Source of the DNA: Eukaryota sp. TZLM1-RC
Taxonomy: Eukaryota; Protista; Metamonada: BaSk clade
DNA: 64,000 nucleotides
Direction of reading: 5' to 3'
Assembly: GCA_040285825.1 (NCBI GenBank)
Contig: JAUPSS010000008.1
Location: 806,001 to 870,000, forward strand
Shown in pieces: positions 44,362-55,198 of the stretch (positions are counted from its first letter, which is position 1; each line of letters opens with the position of its first letter). Under the pieces are notes generated by a model. That model was given only the letters and a program-made list of their open reading frames with translations, searched no databases and had not been told where the DNA came from. Both the position numbers and the translations under genes were made by a program.

Positions 44362-46005
44362 TCAGAAGTTTAATGAGTTACGTGCAAAAGTTCTGTCACA
44401 CTCTTCAAACATTACAGAAACGATTGACTGGAATGTATGAAAAAGATCTTTATAATAATATATGCAGCTCGGCTGTTTTAAATCAAGATCTTCACTCATT
44501 GTTTTTGGAAAAGGGTGTTTGTGAAAACAAGTCAACAGATTCTTCACTTTTTGTAACCATTGTACCACGAAGATTTGGATTGTGTGCCACTAATGAAGCA
44601 TTTGTAACAAAAATGAAATTATATTTCAATATCCCCATTATTCAATTGTAATTATTCATTGTAATGTGCAAATCATATCGAGTAGATTCCTTTTTTAGAA
44701 CCGCTGTTATCAAAATTAATTCTCGATGATCCCAATATTAATAGTACGCGTTACAACAGAGCTTCTATGGGTCTGACTAGAGGTGATCTAGTTGTTCCTG
44801 GTTTAAATGGTAGTTTTACTATTTTGGACGCCATGTCTATTGACCCTTGTAATTCCTCTAACGAACATTTCATTAACTCGGATGTAAATAATCCTCTTCT
44901 TGCAGGCGAAAAATATAAAATTGCTAAATATGCGAAACCCATTTCCTCGGTTAATGAAAATTTTCATGCGCAATTTAATTTATGTCCATTTGTTTTTTCT
45001 TTGCTTGGATCTCCAGGTAAGGCTGCTATGGCTTTCCTTGAGGATTTTGTTGTAGTTGTAATGGAAAGCACTGGAAGAATTTTCAATCGTGTTTACTGGC
45101 AAAACAGGATTGTATTTTCTATATTTAAGGGAATGGTAACACTAATTTCTGATTCACTATCTTCTTTTGGGAAATTTTCTGAATCTTTAGCGATTAATTG
45201 TTTTGATGTAGGGGAGGCAGGTTTTGAGGATGTGGAGTTTTAATTGTGTATTTCATATTTGTTGTTGAATAAAAATAAATAAGGTAAAAAAAATTATTCA
45301 ATTATTATCAAAAGAAAAAATGTATTTATTCCAACTCATCTCAACTCACTTTGCGCCATGCTCTGAATTGTTCTAAATTGATAACTTATCGTTCTTCATT
45401 ACATGATGCTGTTAGAGACACTGTTTTCAATATGGCACAAACTGCAAGAATGTCGTGTATCAAAGAGCCTCTGCTGAGGGAAACACTTTCTCTGAATAAT
45501 TTTGGTTCTGATGATAGAGATGATGTATACTGTGATTGGATTGATAATTCTGAAGCTATTGTTGACTTTGTCTCATGTAATGTTGCAAATGATACTTTGG
45601 TTCACAGAAGAAAACTTAATCCTGTGGCTGCTCTGGATTTTAAAGCAAAAGAAAAACATAGAAAATATGATAAAGATATTGAAGACGCTACTGCTGGTAG
45701 AAATACACAGGTAGTTTTTATTGCTTTCCCATTTTCGATAAACGGAAGATTGTCAGTTGAAGCAGAAACTTTTTGAATGACTTCCAAAAAATGGTCCAAG
45801 AAAAAACAATGAAAAGATTTGATATTTTTTTATGGCGTTCTCGAATTCAATTTGCCATTATTAATAGATTACCTCAGTTTTTGAATCGAATAAGAGGAGC
45901 TTTAGCTAGACAGCAAGCAGATCAAGATTTTGTAGAGGAAATCTTGGTTTAATGATATTCGTCCCATTAGTTATGAGTTAATTTAATTAAGTGTGCAAAT
46001 TCAAT
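44362..46005 (+). mobile_element. Family-A RLE retrotransposon interrupted by a family-C insertion
   Basis: Family-A sequence stops at ..NIPIIQL (44647) and resumes at 45304; ATTATTCAATT is duplicated at 44637-44647 and 45293-45303. Confidence 0.88.
44650..45292 (+). mobile_element. Family-C RLE retrotransposon 3' fragment nested in family A
   Basis: RGDLVVPG..ILDAMSIDP..AGEKYKIAKY..WQNRIVFSIF; A-rich tail; TSD of about 11 bp. Confidence 0.88.
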
Positions 46006-46350
46006 TAATTAAAAATACTTCTATGTAAGTTTAAACAGATAAGGTTTTACATGAGTCAAACTGAACAAATGAAAGACAAACTATAAAACCAGAAAAATAG
46101 TACATTTCACATACTTATTCAAGTTTATATTCCAAAATATCTAAAATTCCCGGTGTACTTGAACCAAAACTTTGGTATCAAAAAATCATAAGTGGTTGAA
46201 ATGTCTTTAAGTTGAATTTATCATTTTTTCTACTATGATTTGCTCTTAACATTTTAAAATTGTAGTCACGTGGTCTATCGTAAATTCAATCGTGGTTATC
46301 AATAGTAGTTAAATTTGGAACAATATACTGAATTGGGATTAGCATGTGTT

Positions 46351-47190
46351 TGTGAAAATAAGTCATCAGATTCTTCACTTTTTGTAACCATTGTACCACG
46401 AAGATTTGGATTGTGTGCCACTAATGAAGCAGTTATAACAAAAATGAGATTATATTTGAATATCCCCATTAATCAATTGTTATCAAAAGAAAAATGTATT
46501 TGTTCGAATTCATCTCAACTCACTTTGCGCCATGCTCTGAATTGTTCTAAATTGATAACTTATCGTTCTTCATTACATGATGCTGTTAGAGACATTGTTT
46601 TCAATATGGCACAAACTGCAAGAATGTCGTGTATCAAAGAGCCTCTGCTGAAGGAAACACTTTCTCTGAATAATTTTGGTTCTGATGATAGAGATGATGT
46701 ATACTGTGATTGGATTGATAATTCTGAAGCTATTGTTGACTTTGTCTCATGTAATGTTGCAAATGATACTTTGGTTCACAGAAGAAAACTTAATGCTGTG
46801 AGTGCTCTTGATTTCAAAGCAAAAGAAAAACATAGAAAATATGATAAAGATATTGAAGAAGCTACTGCTGGTAGAAATACACAGGTAGTTTTTATTGCTT
46901 TCCCATTTTCGATAAACGGAAGATTGTCAGTTGAAGCAGAAACTTTTTTGAATGACTTCCAAAAAATGGTCCAAGAAAAAACAATGAAAAGATTTGATAT
47001 TTTTTTATGGCGTTCTCGAATTCAATTTGCCATTATTAATAGATTACCTCAGTTTTTGAATCGAATAAGAGGAGCTTTAGCTAGACAATAAGCAGACCAA
47101 GATTTTGTAGAGGAAATCTTGGTTCAATGATATTCGTCCCATTAGTTATGACTTAATTTAAATAAGTGTGCATGTTCAATAAATATTTAC
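46351..47190 (+). mobile_element. Family-A RLE retrotransposon, 5'-truncated, with 14-bp TSD
   Basis: GATTAGCATGTGTT at 46337-46350 and 47191-47204; open zinc finger and RLE frame. Confidence 0.9.
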
Positions 47191-47649
47191 GATTAGCATG
47201 TGTTAAGAATTTCAATTAATTTTCCACTATGTAGAAGTTCAAAAGATTACAGAGCGATTCTCAATCTCTAGTTGAAAACCCATATACACTCTAATCATGG
47301 TTAAACCACATTTTTGAGGTAAGTGTAAAGAAAAAGAAAAAGACAAATGTGTTGTAAAAATGCACAAAAGGGGATATAAATTTTGATTGAACTAATCTTT
47401 TTTTGAAATCAAGGCTGTTGTGAACCCTGACAAATTTGGTGGAAAGTTAATCTTCACACAAAGAAAATGATTCAACTAGTAATTGCGAAATTTCGGGCAA
47501 CAAGGGGAAATAGTGGAGATTTCCCTTCAAAACCCTTGTGCAGGTTGAAACCGACAGAATTGTTGATCTTAATAGACGTAAAGCTTGGTCAGAATCCATA
47601 TGTATTACAAATACCCGTTCCAATGCCAGAAATACAAATATTGCTGCCA

Positions 47650-47705
47650 AAACTTGCTATAGATGTCATAAAACTGGTCATATTGCTGTTAGTTGCCCTC
47701 TCCGC
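47650..47705 (+). other. Isolated CCHC zinc knuckle, probably a transposon remnant
   Basis: CYRCHKTGHIAVSCP (C-X2-C-X4-H-X4-C) in a short ORF surrounded by degenerate sequence. Confidence 0.55.
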
Positions 47706-50069
47706 AATGTCAATGTCCAAACTTACAATGGCAAATGATCCGCTCATGTTCACAGTATTATAGAACTAGAACAAGTGAACACTGTTGTTTGTACTGTTAG
47801 TCAAACAGTTGTCAATGGTTGTTCCAACTCATGGCTTATAAACGTGCTCGTTGTTCACGATAATTGATTTCCAGATGAGAAGCTGTATGAAGTTGTACTC
47901 AATCCTCTAACAAGGAATTTGTTATCACTAAAGAAAAGAAGTAAAGAAGGGGTAGTGTTAGTTGTTGGCTAAGATCAAATTACGTGTGATGACGTGATAA
48001 TAGTTCAAATTTAGTTTTTGTTAATTAATCAAGCTGTTTCTTTGGTCACTGCAGTGGAACCCAACACATCTTTCAAACAATGCAATAATGAACTATTTAT
48101 TAGTTATCTAGCTTTTGAAAAACCGGTGCCAATTAATTTGATAGCATTAAAAGCAGTACTATGAATAGTAGAATTTGTTTTTTGTTCTAATTAAAATAAC
48201 GTTGATGAAAAATAACGAATTCAACTGGGAAAAATTTTCTCCGAAAATAGTAAATTTTTACAGCAAGCCAATCTTGTAACATGACCAATGATACATATTT
48301 TCCGAGTTCGACTTCCAGTTATTGTGTCAACTTAGCTTGAATGGAAAGCGATTAACATTTTATTGGGCATTGATTGAACTTAGACGTTATATTTCAAGTA
48401 GGAAAAATTTGCTTGTCAAAGTTCTCCAGCCACTGTTCAAATCCAAACAGCTACACAAGTTTGTGTCATAAATGTTAGCCTTTAAAATGATTTGTGCTTT
48501 AGTTCGTACATTAATTTGTAGTTAGTGTAATGTAGAAGCGCATTATTGCACTGAAGTTCGAAGGATATCATTTACCTCTTTAAATGTTAGCCTTTGATAG
48601 TTTTTGCGTATAGTTTATATTTTATAGTTCATTGTAAATTTGTATGTTTGCACTTCACCTGAAAGGAGTGTATTTCCTTTCCTCATAGATTTCACTATAG
48701 TATGTCTAATTTCCCACAGATCATCATAGAAAGTTTACGTTTGTCTTTTTTTGAAAACGTCTAACTTCTCAAGAAAGTACTCCTCCTCGACGTGGCTACT
48801 CTGGATTTGCTATTGGTGTGGGGATATTATTCGAGGAAAGATCAGACAGTCAACAATGAAGTCCATCACTGTAACTGATTTTGAAGATCTTTTATACTAT
48901 AATTCTCTCTAAAAGTCTGAATAAAACGTTTGTGGTTTTTGCTGGAAATTGATTAAACTATACAATCGATAGAATAATCTGTACTTTAACAGTATACTTT
49001 AGATCAGCTATCTAGATTAAGGATGATGAAATTTGTTTTATTGTTGTAAACAGTATCTTCCACAATTATTATTTTATTACAATTATTATTTTATTGAATC
49101 TACAAACACCCTTGAATAAACGAACAACTGCTTTGACTAACGACAATTCCATCAAATTTCACATCAGTTTACTATTTCTGGAAAAGAAAAAGCTTGAAGC
49201 CGGTCCAGTATTTATTATAAAGGTGTCTGTATATCAGTATGTCCATGTTTTATTGTTTTGTGGATGTAAGAAGTTGAATAAACCAAATTTTAAAAGTAAC
49301 TGAAACTGAGAAATCAAACATTTGTGATTGTATGTGCACCTTCCGTTTTCAGTAAGGTTCCTGCAGTCATGGACACGTGCTTGCTCCATTCATCAGTTTT
49401 TTGAGCGGCCAGTTTATCATTATATTGATGGACAGCTGACCAGAGTTTTTACTGTGCGCTTCCTTGAAGACAGTCATTTCCTGACTCAGCATCAATCCTG
49501 GATCCAATGTCTTGATTTTATGGCGGTCTGTGAGCCAAGAGTCAGACATCCATTCAACAGACCTGGCAAAGGCCATGTGTATGAGAAATTTTAGCGAATC
49601 TCTACATCATTGCCGTTTGCTGTCTTGTTCTTGTCAAGAACAAGAGTAATCATGCACTACCCACAAGTATGCCTTTACAACAACTAGTGGATGCAAAATG
49701 CCGCCAGCTGCAAGGCAACCACCAGCAGCTTTTTGCTGATGGTCTCGTGTCGTGGAAGCTTAACTTCTTCCGCTCGTATGCAATTGGACATAACTGCCCT
49801 GCACCAGTCACTTATGCTGGCTCTGTACTTCACAACAACACGAACATTCGGGAACCTCTTCTTTCTTCTCGAACAGTGACTCTTAATCAAGGGAACAGTA
49901 CCTACATCTTTCTTTGCCGATTAACAATCCAAAACCACCTGGAGCAAGCCTTTCCACATACCTTCAGACACAGAGACTCACCGCTATCGCTAGTTTGAAG
50001 CCTGCTTTTGGTCCCTTTTCCACATGAATTCTCAACCATTTTATCTCCAAAAACACATTACAAACAATT

Positions 50070-51066
50070 TTGAAAAACCCTTATTTATTTTTTAGAACAA
50101 AAGCTAATGAATACACCATGTCTTCTAATGGTGATAGTGTCCGTATAACTTTCAAATCCCACCCAAAAGCAACACGAGTGAGAATGTCTGGAGAAGCCTT
50201 GGCTAAAAAGAGATCCAGAGGGGAACTTGACTACTACGAAATCACTCAAAATAGAAAACATACCTTGCAAACCAAGGTTGAACGGCCACGACCTCGCCAG
50301 AAACCAAAAGCTACTGAGTGGCAGGCACCTGATGATGAGACGGAAATGGTGTTCTATACCATCGACCCCAACCACTGAAATCTTTGGGGTTCCAGCATTG
50401 GAACACGTTCAGGACTGACCGTATCCAATATCTTCTTGGCACCAAAGCAACGAAAAATCAATCACTCTGCTTCACTGACCCACTCATCAATAGATGTTTA
50501 TGACGTGCAGAAATTGAACCTTTATCTGCTTGAAATAACAACTATCGGTGACTATAAGGACTATGAAGGTAATAACGTGAGACGATCATTGCTAAAGCAG
50601 CAATTATATCTGAGTACTCGAATAGCATTGAGTAGAAATACATTTGACTTCTCTATAAGAGAACAGAGAAGATTCAGCTCAATTATCAACAAAGTGAAAA
50701 AAATTTGCAGACGGTCGAGAAGTAAAGGTGTGGTTTGGCATGGAGGTTATGGTACATCACGTCAAAAAGTGAAAACAGTACGTAAGGCGTTTCTCAAGTT
50801 GTTACAACGTTCATTTGATAATGTCAAGATCGGAGATGAATATATGACATCTGCAAAGGTGAACTGCTGCAAGATGCTACACCAAAAGATCTATCGAGAA
50901 GTTGATGGTGAAGTTAAAGTTGACAATGTCTATTTCAGTTGTCCGAAAATGTAACCAAGTTTGGTCTAGAGACATTTCTGAATCACTAAATCAGCTAGAA
51001 ATTGCAATTAGTGAGCACTACTATGGAACAAGACCAGAAGCGTTCCAGAGACCACAAAGAAACTAG
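50070..51066 (+). pseudogene. Fanzor pseudogene, family F2
   Basis: MSSNGDSVRITF, FYTIDPNH* (RuvC-I), GDEYMTSAKVNCCK, CP../CNQVWSRDISESLNQLEIAISEHYYGTRPEAFQRP; has stops and frameshifts; homologous to 9237-10510. Confidence 0.85.
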
Positions 51067-51245
51067 CTTCAAAGCTACGTATTGTTCTAGAGGAGAAATG
51101 GGCTCACTGAGATTGGTGGCCAATTATTTTCGAGGATTCTAGAACGTCTGTGGACGATCTCACCAAGGATGAAAGTTCTTGGAATAAGTTTGAATGATGC
51201 TTGACGAAAGTATGCATTTCAAAGGAAAACAACAGACAGTTGTAG
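51064..51245 (+). ncRNA. Hairpin-dense candidate omega-RNA downstream of Fanzor F2
   Basis: Stems TAGCT/AGCTA, GTTCTAGA/TCTAGAAC, CGTC/GACG, CCAAGG/TCTTGG, TTTGAA..ATGC..AC-GAAA-GT..GCAT.TTCAAA, ACAAC/GTTGT in about 180 nt directly after the stop codon. Confidence 0.55.
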
Positions 51246-51321
51246 TGAAATAATTGATTTTTTTGAAAAGAATTTACTATCCCTGCAGAGTACTGTGTTA
51301 GGTCTTAGATCTCTGTCCAGC

Positions 51322-51846
51322 ATGAACAGCACACCATCATCGCCCCACAAATCAGTTTCTCCACAGGCTTCGCCTAAGAGATCTCGCTCCAATTCGATGA
51401 AAGGTTCTATTTATGCCCCATCATTTATCAACAAAGCAAAGTACAAGACAGAAATTTGTCGTCAGTATCTTGAAAAAGGGTGTTGTAGTTATGGATCAAA
51501 GTGTCAGTTTGCTCATAGTCTTTCGGAACTTCAAACCAGTCCTACGGCCTCTAGATATAAGGTTGAAATTTGTAGACAGTTTGTTGCAACAGGTCTTTGT
51601 CAATATGGATCCAGATGTCGTTTTCTTCATCCCCGCGCGAGTATAACTCCAGCAGATGATGAGAAGGTGTTACTCGACCTTGTTGATACTTTAGCTGTGT
51701 CACGCAGATCAATGTCCACTAGTGAACATGTTTCTGTTGGGTCTGGGTATTCTGATCCACCTGGAAGACAGAGGTCATACTCTTGTAGTGCCACGATGTC
51801 TTCAACCCAACGACTACCTATATTCCGTAAATTGACGGATAATTAG
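51322..51846 (+). CDS. Tandem CCCH zinc-finger protein (tristetraprolin/ZFP36-like)
   Basis: KYKTEIC-X8-C-X5-C-X3-H and RYKVEIC..C..C.FLH; C-terminal RLPIF.KL (NOT1-binding motif). Confidence 0.92.
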   Translation: MNSTPSSPHKSVSPQASPKRSRSNSMKGSIYAPSFINKAKYKTEICRQYLEKGCCSYGSKCQFAHSLSELQTSPTASRYKVEICRQFVATGLCQYGSRCRFLHPRASITPADDEKVLLDLVDTLAVSRRSMSTSEHVSVGSGYSDPPGRQRSYSCSATMSSTQRLPIFRKLTDN

Positions 51847-51923
51847 GTATAATTTGCGGTTTTTTGTGTTTTTTGTGTATAGTCGGTTTATTTTTTTTGC
51901 TATAAAGTTATTGTTTTCAACAT

Positions 51924-52589
51924 TTAATCAATTTTTTTCAAAATAAATGATACACGAGAATTTCCTGTAATTCCACCAAAGGAAAAGCTTGAATGGCGCA
52001 TTTGACTGACAACTTCGAACAAGGATGCAGAACAAAATCCGGAAATCAATTCATCCGCAGTGAAATTACTGCTGGTAATACAGAAATAGCCGCCAGGTTT
52101 AAGAATGTATGTTATAGCTTTGATATACTGCTCAAAATAGTCAGATATACCAGATAACATAATTGCATCCAAGGTTCCCTTATCGTGGATTAAAGAAAAC
52201 GATGAGGATGGAAGCTGAGTATTGAGAATATCATCTTGGATAATTCTGGCATTAACCTTGTTTTGACTGAGTATTATTTTACTTAGTTTGACAGATTGCG
52301 GAGCATAGTCAGTTCCTAGTAAATTAGTGAAGTTCATGTTAAAAAGAGTTACTAGAAAACTGGCATTTCCAGTTCCAACATCAAGAATAGGCTCTGATTT
52401 CGTAAGGGGAAGATTGACAATCATCTGTAGGACCCCTTCTAACGTTTCCTCATACCAGCATTCTAAATCACCACCCGTTGCACTATATGATGTCTCCTGT
52501 TCATAGAAGGAGTTCCAATAGTTAATACACCCAAGCTGGGAAGATTGGAAAGCAACTGTAGGTACAGATAAAGTAGTGGAAACCGTCAT
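51924..52589 (-). CDS. EFM4: eEF1A lysine methyltransferase Efm4/METTL10-like
   Basis: S.LG..NYW..FY..E, ILDVGTGN, GTDY, HDKGTLDAI, ITSSNFT.DEL, F.FGG..G. Confidence 0.85.
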   Translation of the reverse strand: MTVSTTLSVPTVAFQSSQLGCINYWNSFYEQETSYSATGGDLECWYEETLEGVLQMIVNLPLTKSEPILDVGTGNASFLVTLFNMNFTNLLGTDYAPQSVKLSKIILSQNKVNARIIQDDILNTQLPSSSFSLIHDKGTLDAIMLSGISDYFEQYIKAITYILKPGGYFCITSSNFTADELISGFCSASLFEVVSQMRHSSFSFGGITGNSRVSFILKKID

Positions 52590-52894
52590 AATTGATAGTA
52601 GATTTGACAGAGATGTCTAATATCAATCACTTTTGATAGTTCAAGGCTATACATTTTGTTTCAACTTTTGCTTTCGCTACTCGTGATAATGCAATGCGCT
52701 GAATCGGACTCATTAGTGTACCATAACTTTCAGGATCTTTTCTCAACAGCTCCAGGCTTTCATCAATTTCATCATTCAATAACTTTGAATGGTTTCTATT
52801 TCTAATTAGCTGGTACTTTCTAATTATTTACTTTTTCTCTATCGCTAGTTGTCTTTATTCATACTTACTGATAACTGTCACTGTGTTTTCTCTT

Positions 52895-53165
52895 AGACAA
52901 GGTAATTGGCTTTTCTCTAGACCTTTTCTATAATTGTACCCTTAGATGGATACTAATACTACTTATATTCTTTACCACAATCACCAATCAGTATAGTGCA
53001 GTCACCAGGATCATCAAAATTTGGTTTAACTTTGTAAATTAACCTCATGTCGGCTTTGCTGTACCTTTTGTTCAGACAACCTTTGATTTTGTTAATGTAT
53101 TTGGTTAATTAAATTCCAAGTGTTCGGTCTTAATTAATCTTTTACTTTAATATATTCACAAAATC
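52895..53165 (-). pseudogene. Fanzor1 internal remnant
   Basis: EYIKVK..KIKGCLNKRYSKADMRLIYKVKPNFDDPGDCTILIGDCGK..PSKG..RKANYLV parallels the KFG.P.D..ILIGD.G..PT.G..K.GY.V block of other copies. Confidence 0.6.
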
Positions 53166-53814
53166 CATCTCAATTGGTTGATTTCAATTGTTTTTTGCTT
53201 GTGAATCAATTTTTTTTCCAAAATTTCCAAGTCACATGTTCACATTATTTTCAAAGAGGTATTCATGTTGCCGCTTTTTTCAGGTTTTCGATGTTTCAAA
53301 AAACCTAATGGAAAATTACGTTAACCTTGAATGAAAGACATCAAATCATTACTTTCTAAATTTGCTTCCCAAATTTGTTCCTGTATTGTTGTTACTGCGC
53401 ATGGTTTCAAGTCAAGCTAACATTTGCAAACATTATTTTCTTAGAATAATATAAAATCAGGTTCGAATGGCTATGTACAGGCTAAACACAATATTGTCTT
53501 GTGAGTCTATTTTTAACCCTAAGATAAGATGTTAGTACAAAATGCTTTCTGTGCAACGGAAAATGAAGTCAAATGCACTATCGCAATAATTTGCAACATA
53601 TAGTGTAAGATTGTTACTTTCTTTTTTGAGCTAAGCATACCCTCGGTTATTCACTTGTTTCTTGATTCAATACATTTTCTTATGAAGTCAATCAACTGAA
53701 GTAACAACACTTTAGTTGTATCAAAACATGATCCAATAAAGTCAAGTTGAGAAAATTCAATTAAAACAATGATTATAAATTCTTTACAAACACAATAAAA
53801 TTGAATAGAAGAAA

Positions 53815-54403
53815 CTAAGCCATTTTGTATATGCGATATCCCACAATATTGTTGTAATTGTACGAATCATCAGCGTAGGCGGGTTCTAAAACGTGGAACT
53901 TGTTCAAGTCAGAAGAATAGCCGTCAATAAGAACATAGTGAGATCCTGAGCGGACATGTCCGATAACTGCGTATTTCTTGGAGTCGAGGTAGTTCTTAAT
54001 AGTGTTTCTAGAAACTGATCCTACACCCTTATACATTCCTACAAATGTGATTTTTGGGTTGATTTTGCAAACAGCAGCATAGACTAAAAGTTGATTTCCA
54101 ACGTACCCACCATTCTTTTGAAGGAAAGTGTTCAACGTAGAGGGGTTAGCAGTTTTTCCATTGATCTTATATCCAAAACCGTTAAGTGCCATAGCAACAC
54201 TTGACATGAGACAACCAACCTTGCAGATGGTTTTATTGACCATGATTTCATGTCCCCTGTGGTTACTGATAAATTACAACAAACCAACGGCTGTCACATT
54301 GGCGGAACTTAGGGAATGACTTTGGAATTGTCCATCCATTCACCTCGCTGGCGTAAGTGAAGGAAACGAGCAGAAGAACGGTGATAAGAGTCTTTTTGAA
54401 CAT
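53815..54403 (-). CDS. Secreted peptidase C39-like (papain-fold) protein; 2 exons
   Basis: Signal peptide MFKKTLITVLLLVSFTYA; QCDSRW|G..TICKVGCLMSSVAM (catalytic Cys), GSHYVL (His), VLEP; 28-nt intron 54257-54284. Confidence 0.8.
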
Positions 54404-54452
54404 TGGGGGTGTGAAATGGATCCATTTTTCACCTGTGGTTTTCGATTTGTAT

Positions 54453-54807
54453 CAATGTCAGAATTCCGAACGTTCGGCCGAACGTACGCCGAACTAGTTT
54501 TTGTTCATTTACACGTGTCAACACAGTTTTGTTTTCCCAAATCCCTATTTCAACTATTGCAATAGATTTCATTGTTTAAAAATCTGTATTCATACATAAA
54601 TCCCCTTTTTTACATCAACTTTCTTCAATGCCAAAGCACCCTGTTTACGAACTTCTGGACAACGTTAATTACGATAAGTGGTTGATAGTGAGTGTAATAG
54701 TGTAAGGAAGGAGGAGATAAACAGCGTTTTGATATTAATGAATCAAAACGAGATGCCGAACTAACCGAACATATCAGTAGGTGCCGAACGTTCGGCCGAA
54801 CTAGTTC
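54453..54807 (+). mobile_element. Second, more deleted copy of the hAT element; right TIR missing
   Basis: Starts CAATGTCAGAATTCCGAACGTTCGG; near-identical to 15106-15360 and 15577-15685. Confidence 0.88.
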
Positions 54808-55062
54808 AAATTAAGATCAAAAGTCTTTTGATTCCTGATTTGAGAAATTTTTTTGCAATAATAAAACAAGAAGGTATATGCGGAAGCGGAAATTTAATCC
54901 AATTGAAAAGTTGGAGAAATAGTCCTTATCGATTGAAGAAAGAAATCGATTGACAAATTAATAAATTCATAAGAAAAACATTTCCAAATTTAAAAAATGA
55001 AGAATTTCAAAGAAGAATTGATACATTCATGGAGTAAAAAGTACAGTCTTCAATGAACCATG

Positions 55063-55198
55063 TGTTGTACTGTGGACAATTAGTCTAGTACATTTATGTT
55101 TTTCTAACATAGTTCACTAGTGATGTCCTTTATAAGGGCCGGTGAAATTCTAATAAATTATTCCTTATTCTTTGTTATCATATATGGATAAAGCATCA
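55063..55198 (+). repeat. 5' LTR (136 bp, TG...CA) of Gypsy copy 1
   Basis: TGTTGTAC...GCATCA; 4 differences from the inverted LTR at 61015-61150; contains TATAA and AATAAA. Confidence 0.92.

Noticed and set aside
48355-48480. GID..PATVQIQTATQVCVI, reminiscent of a DEDDy 3'-5' exonuclease
   Set aside because: Short and stop-ridden; cannot be supported by eye.
49320-49998. GC-richer degenerate coding-like segment, possibly another TnpB/Fanzor remnant on the minus strand
   Set aside because: No RuvC or zinc-finger motif could be read convincingly.
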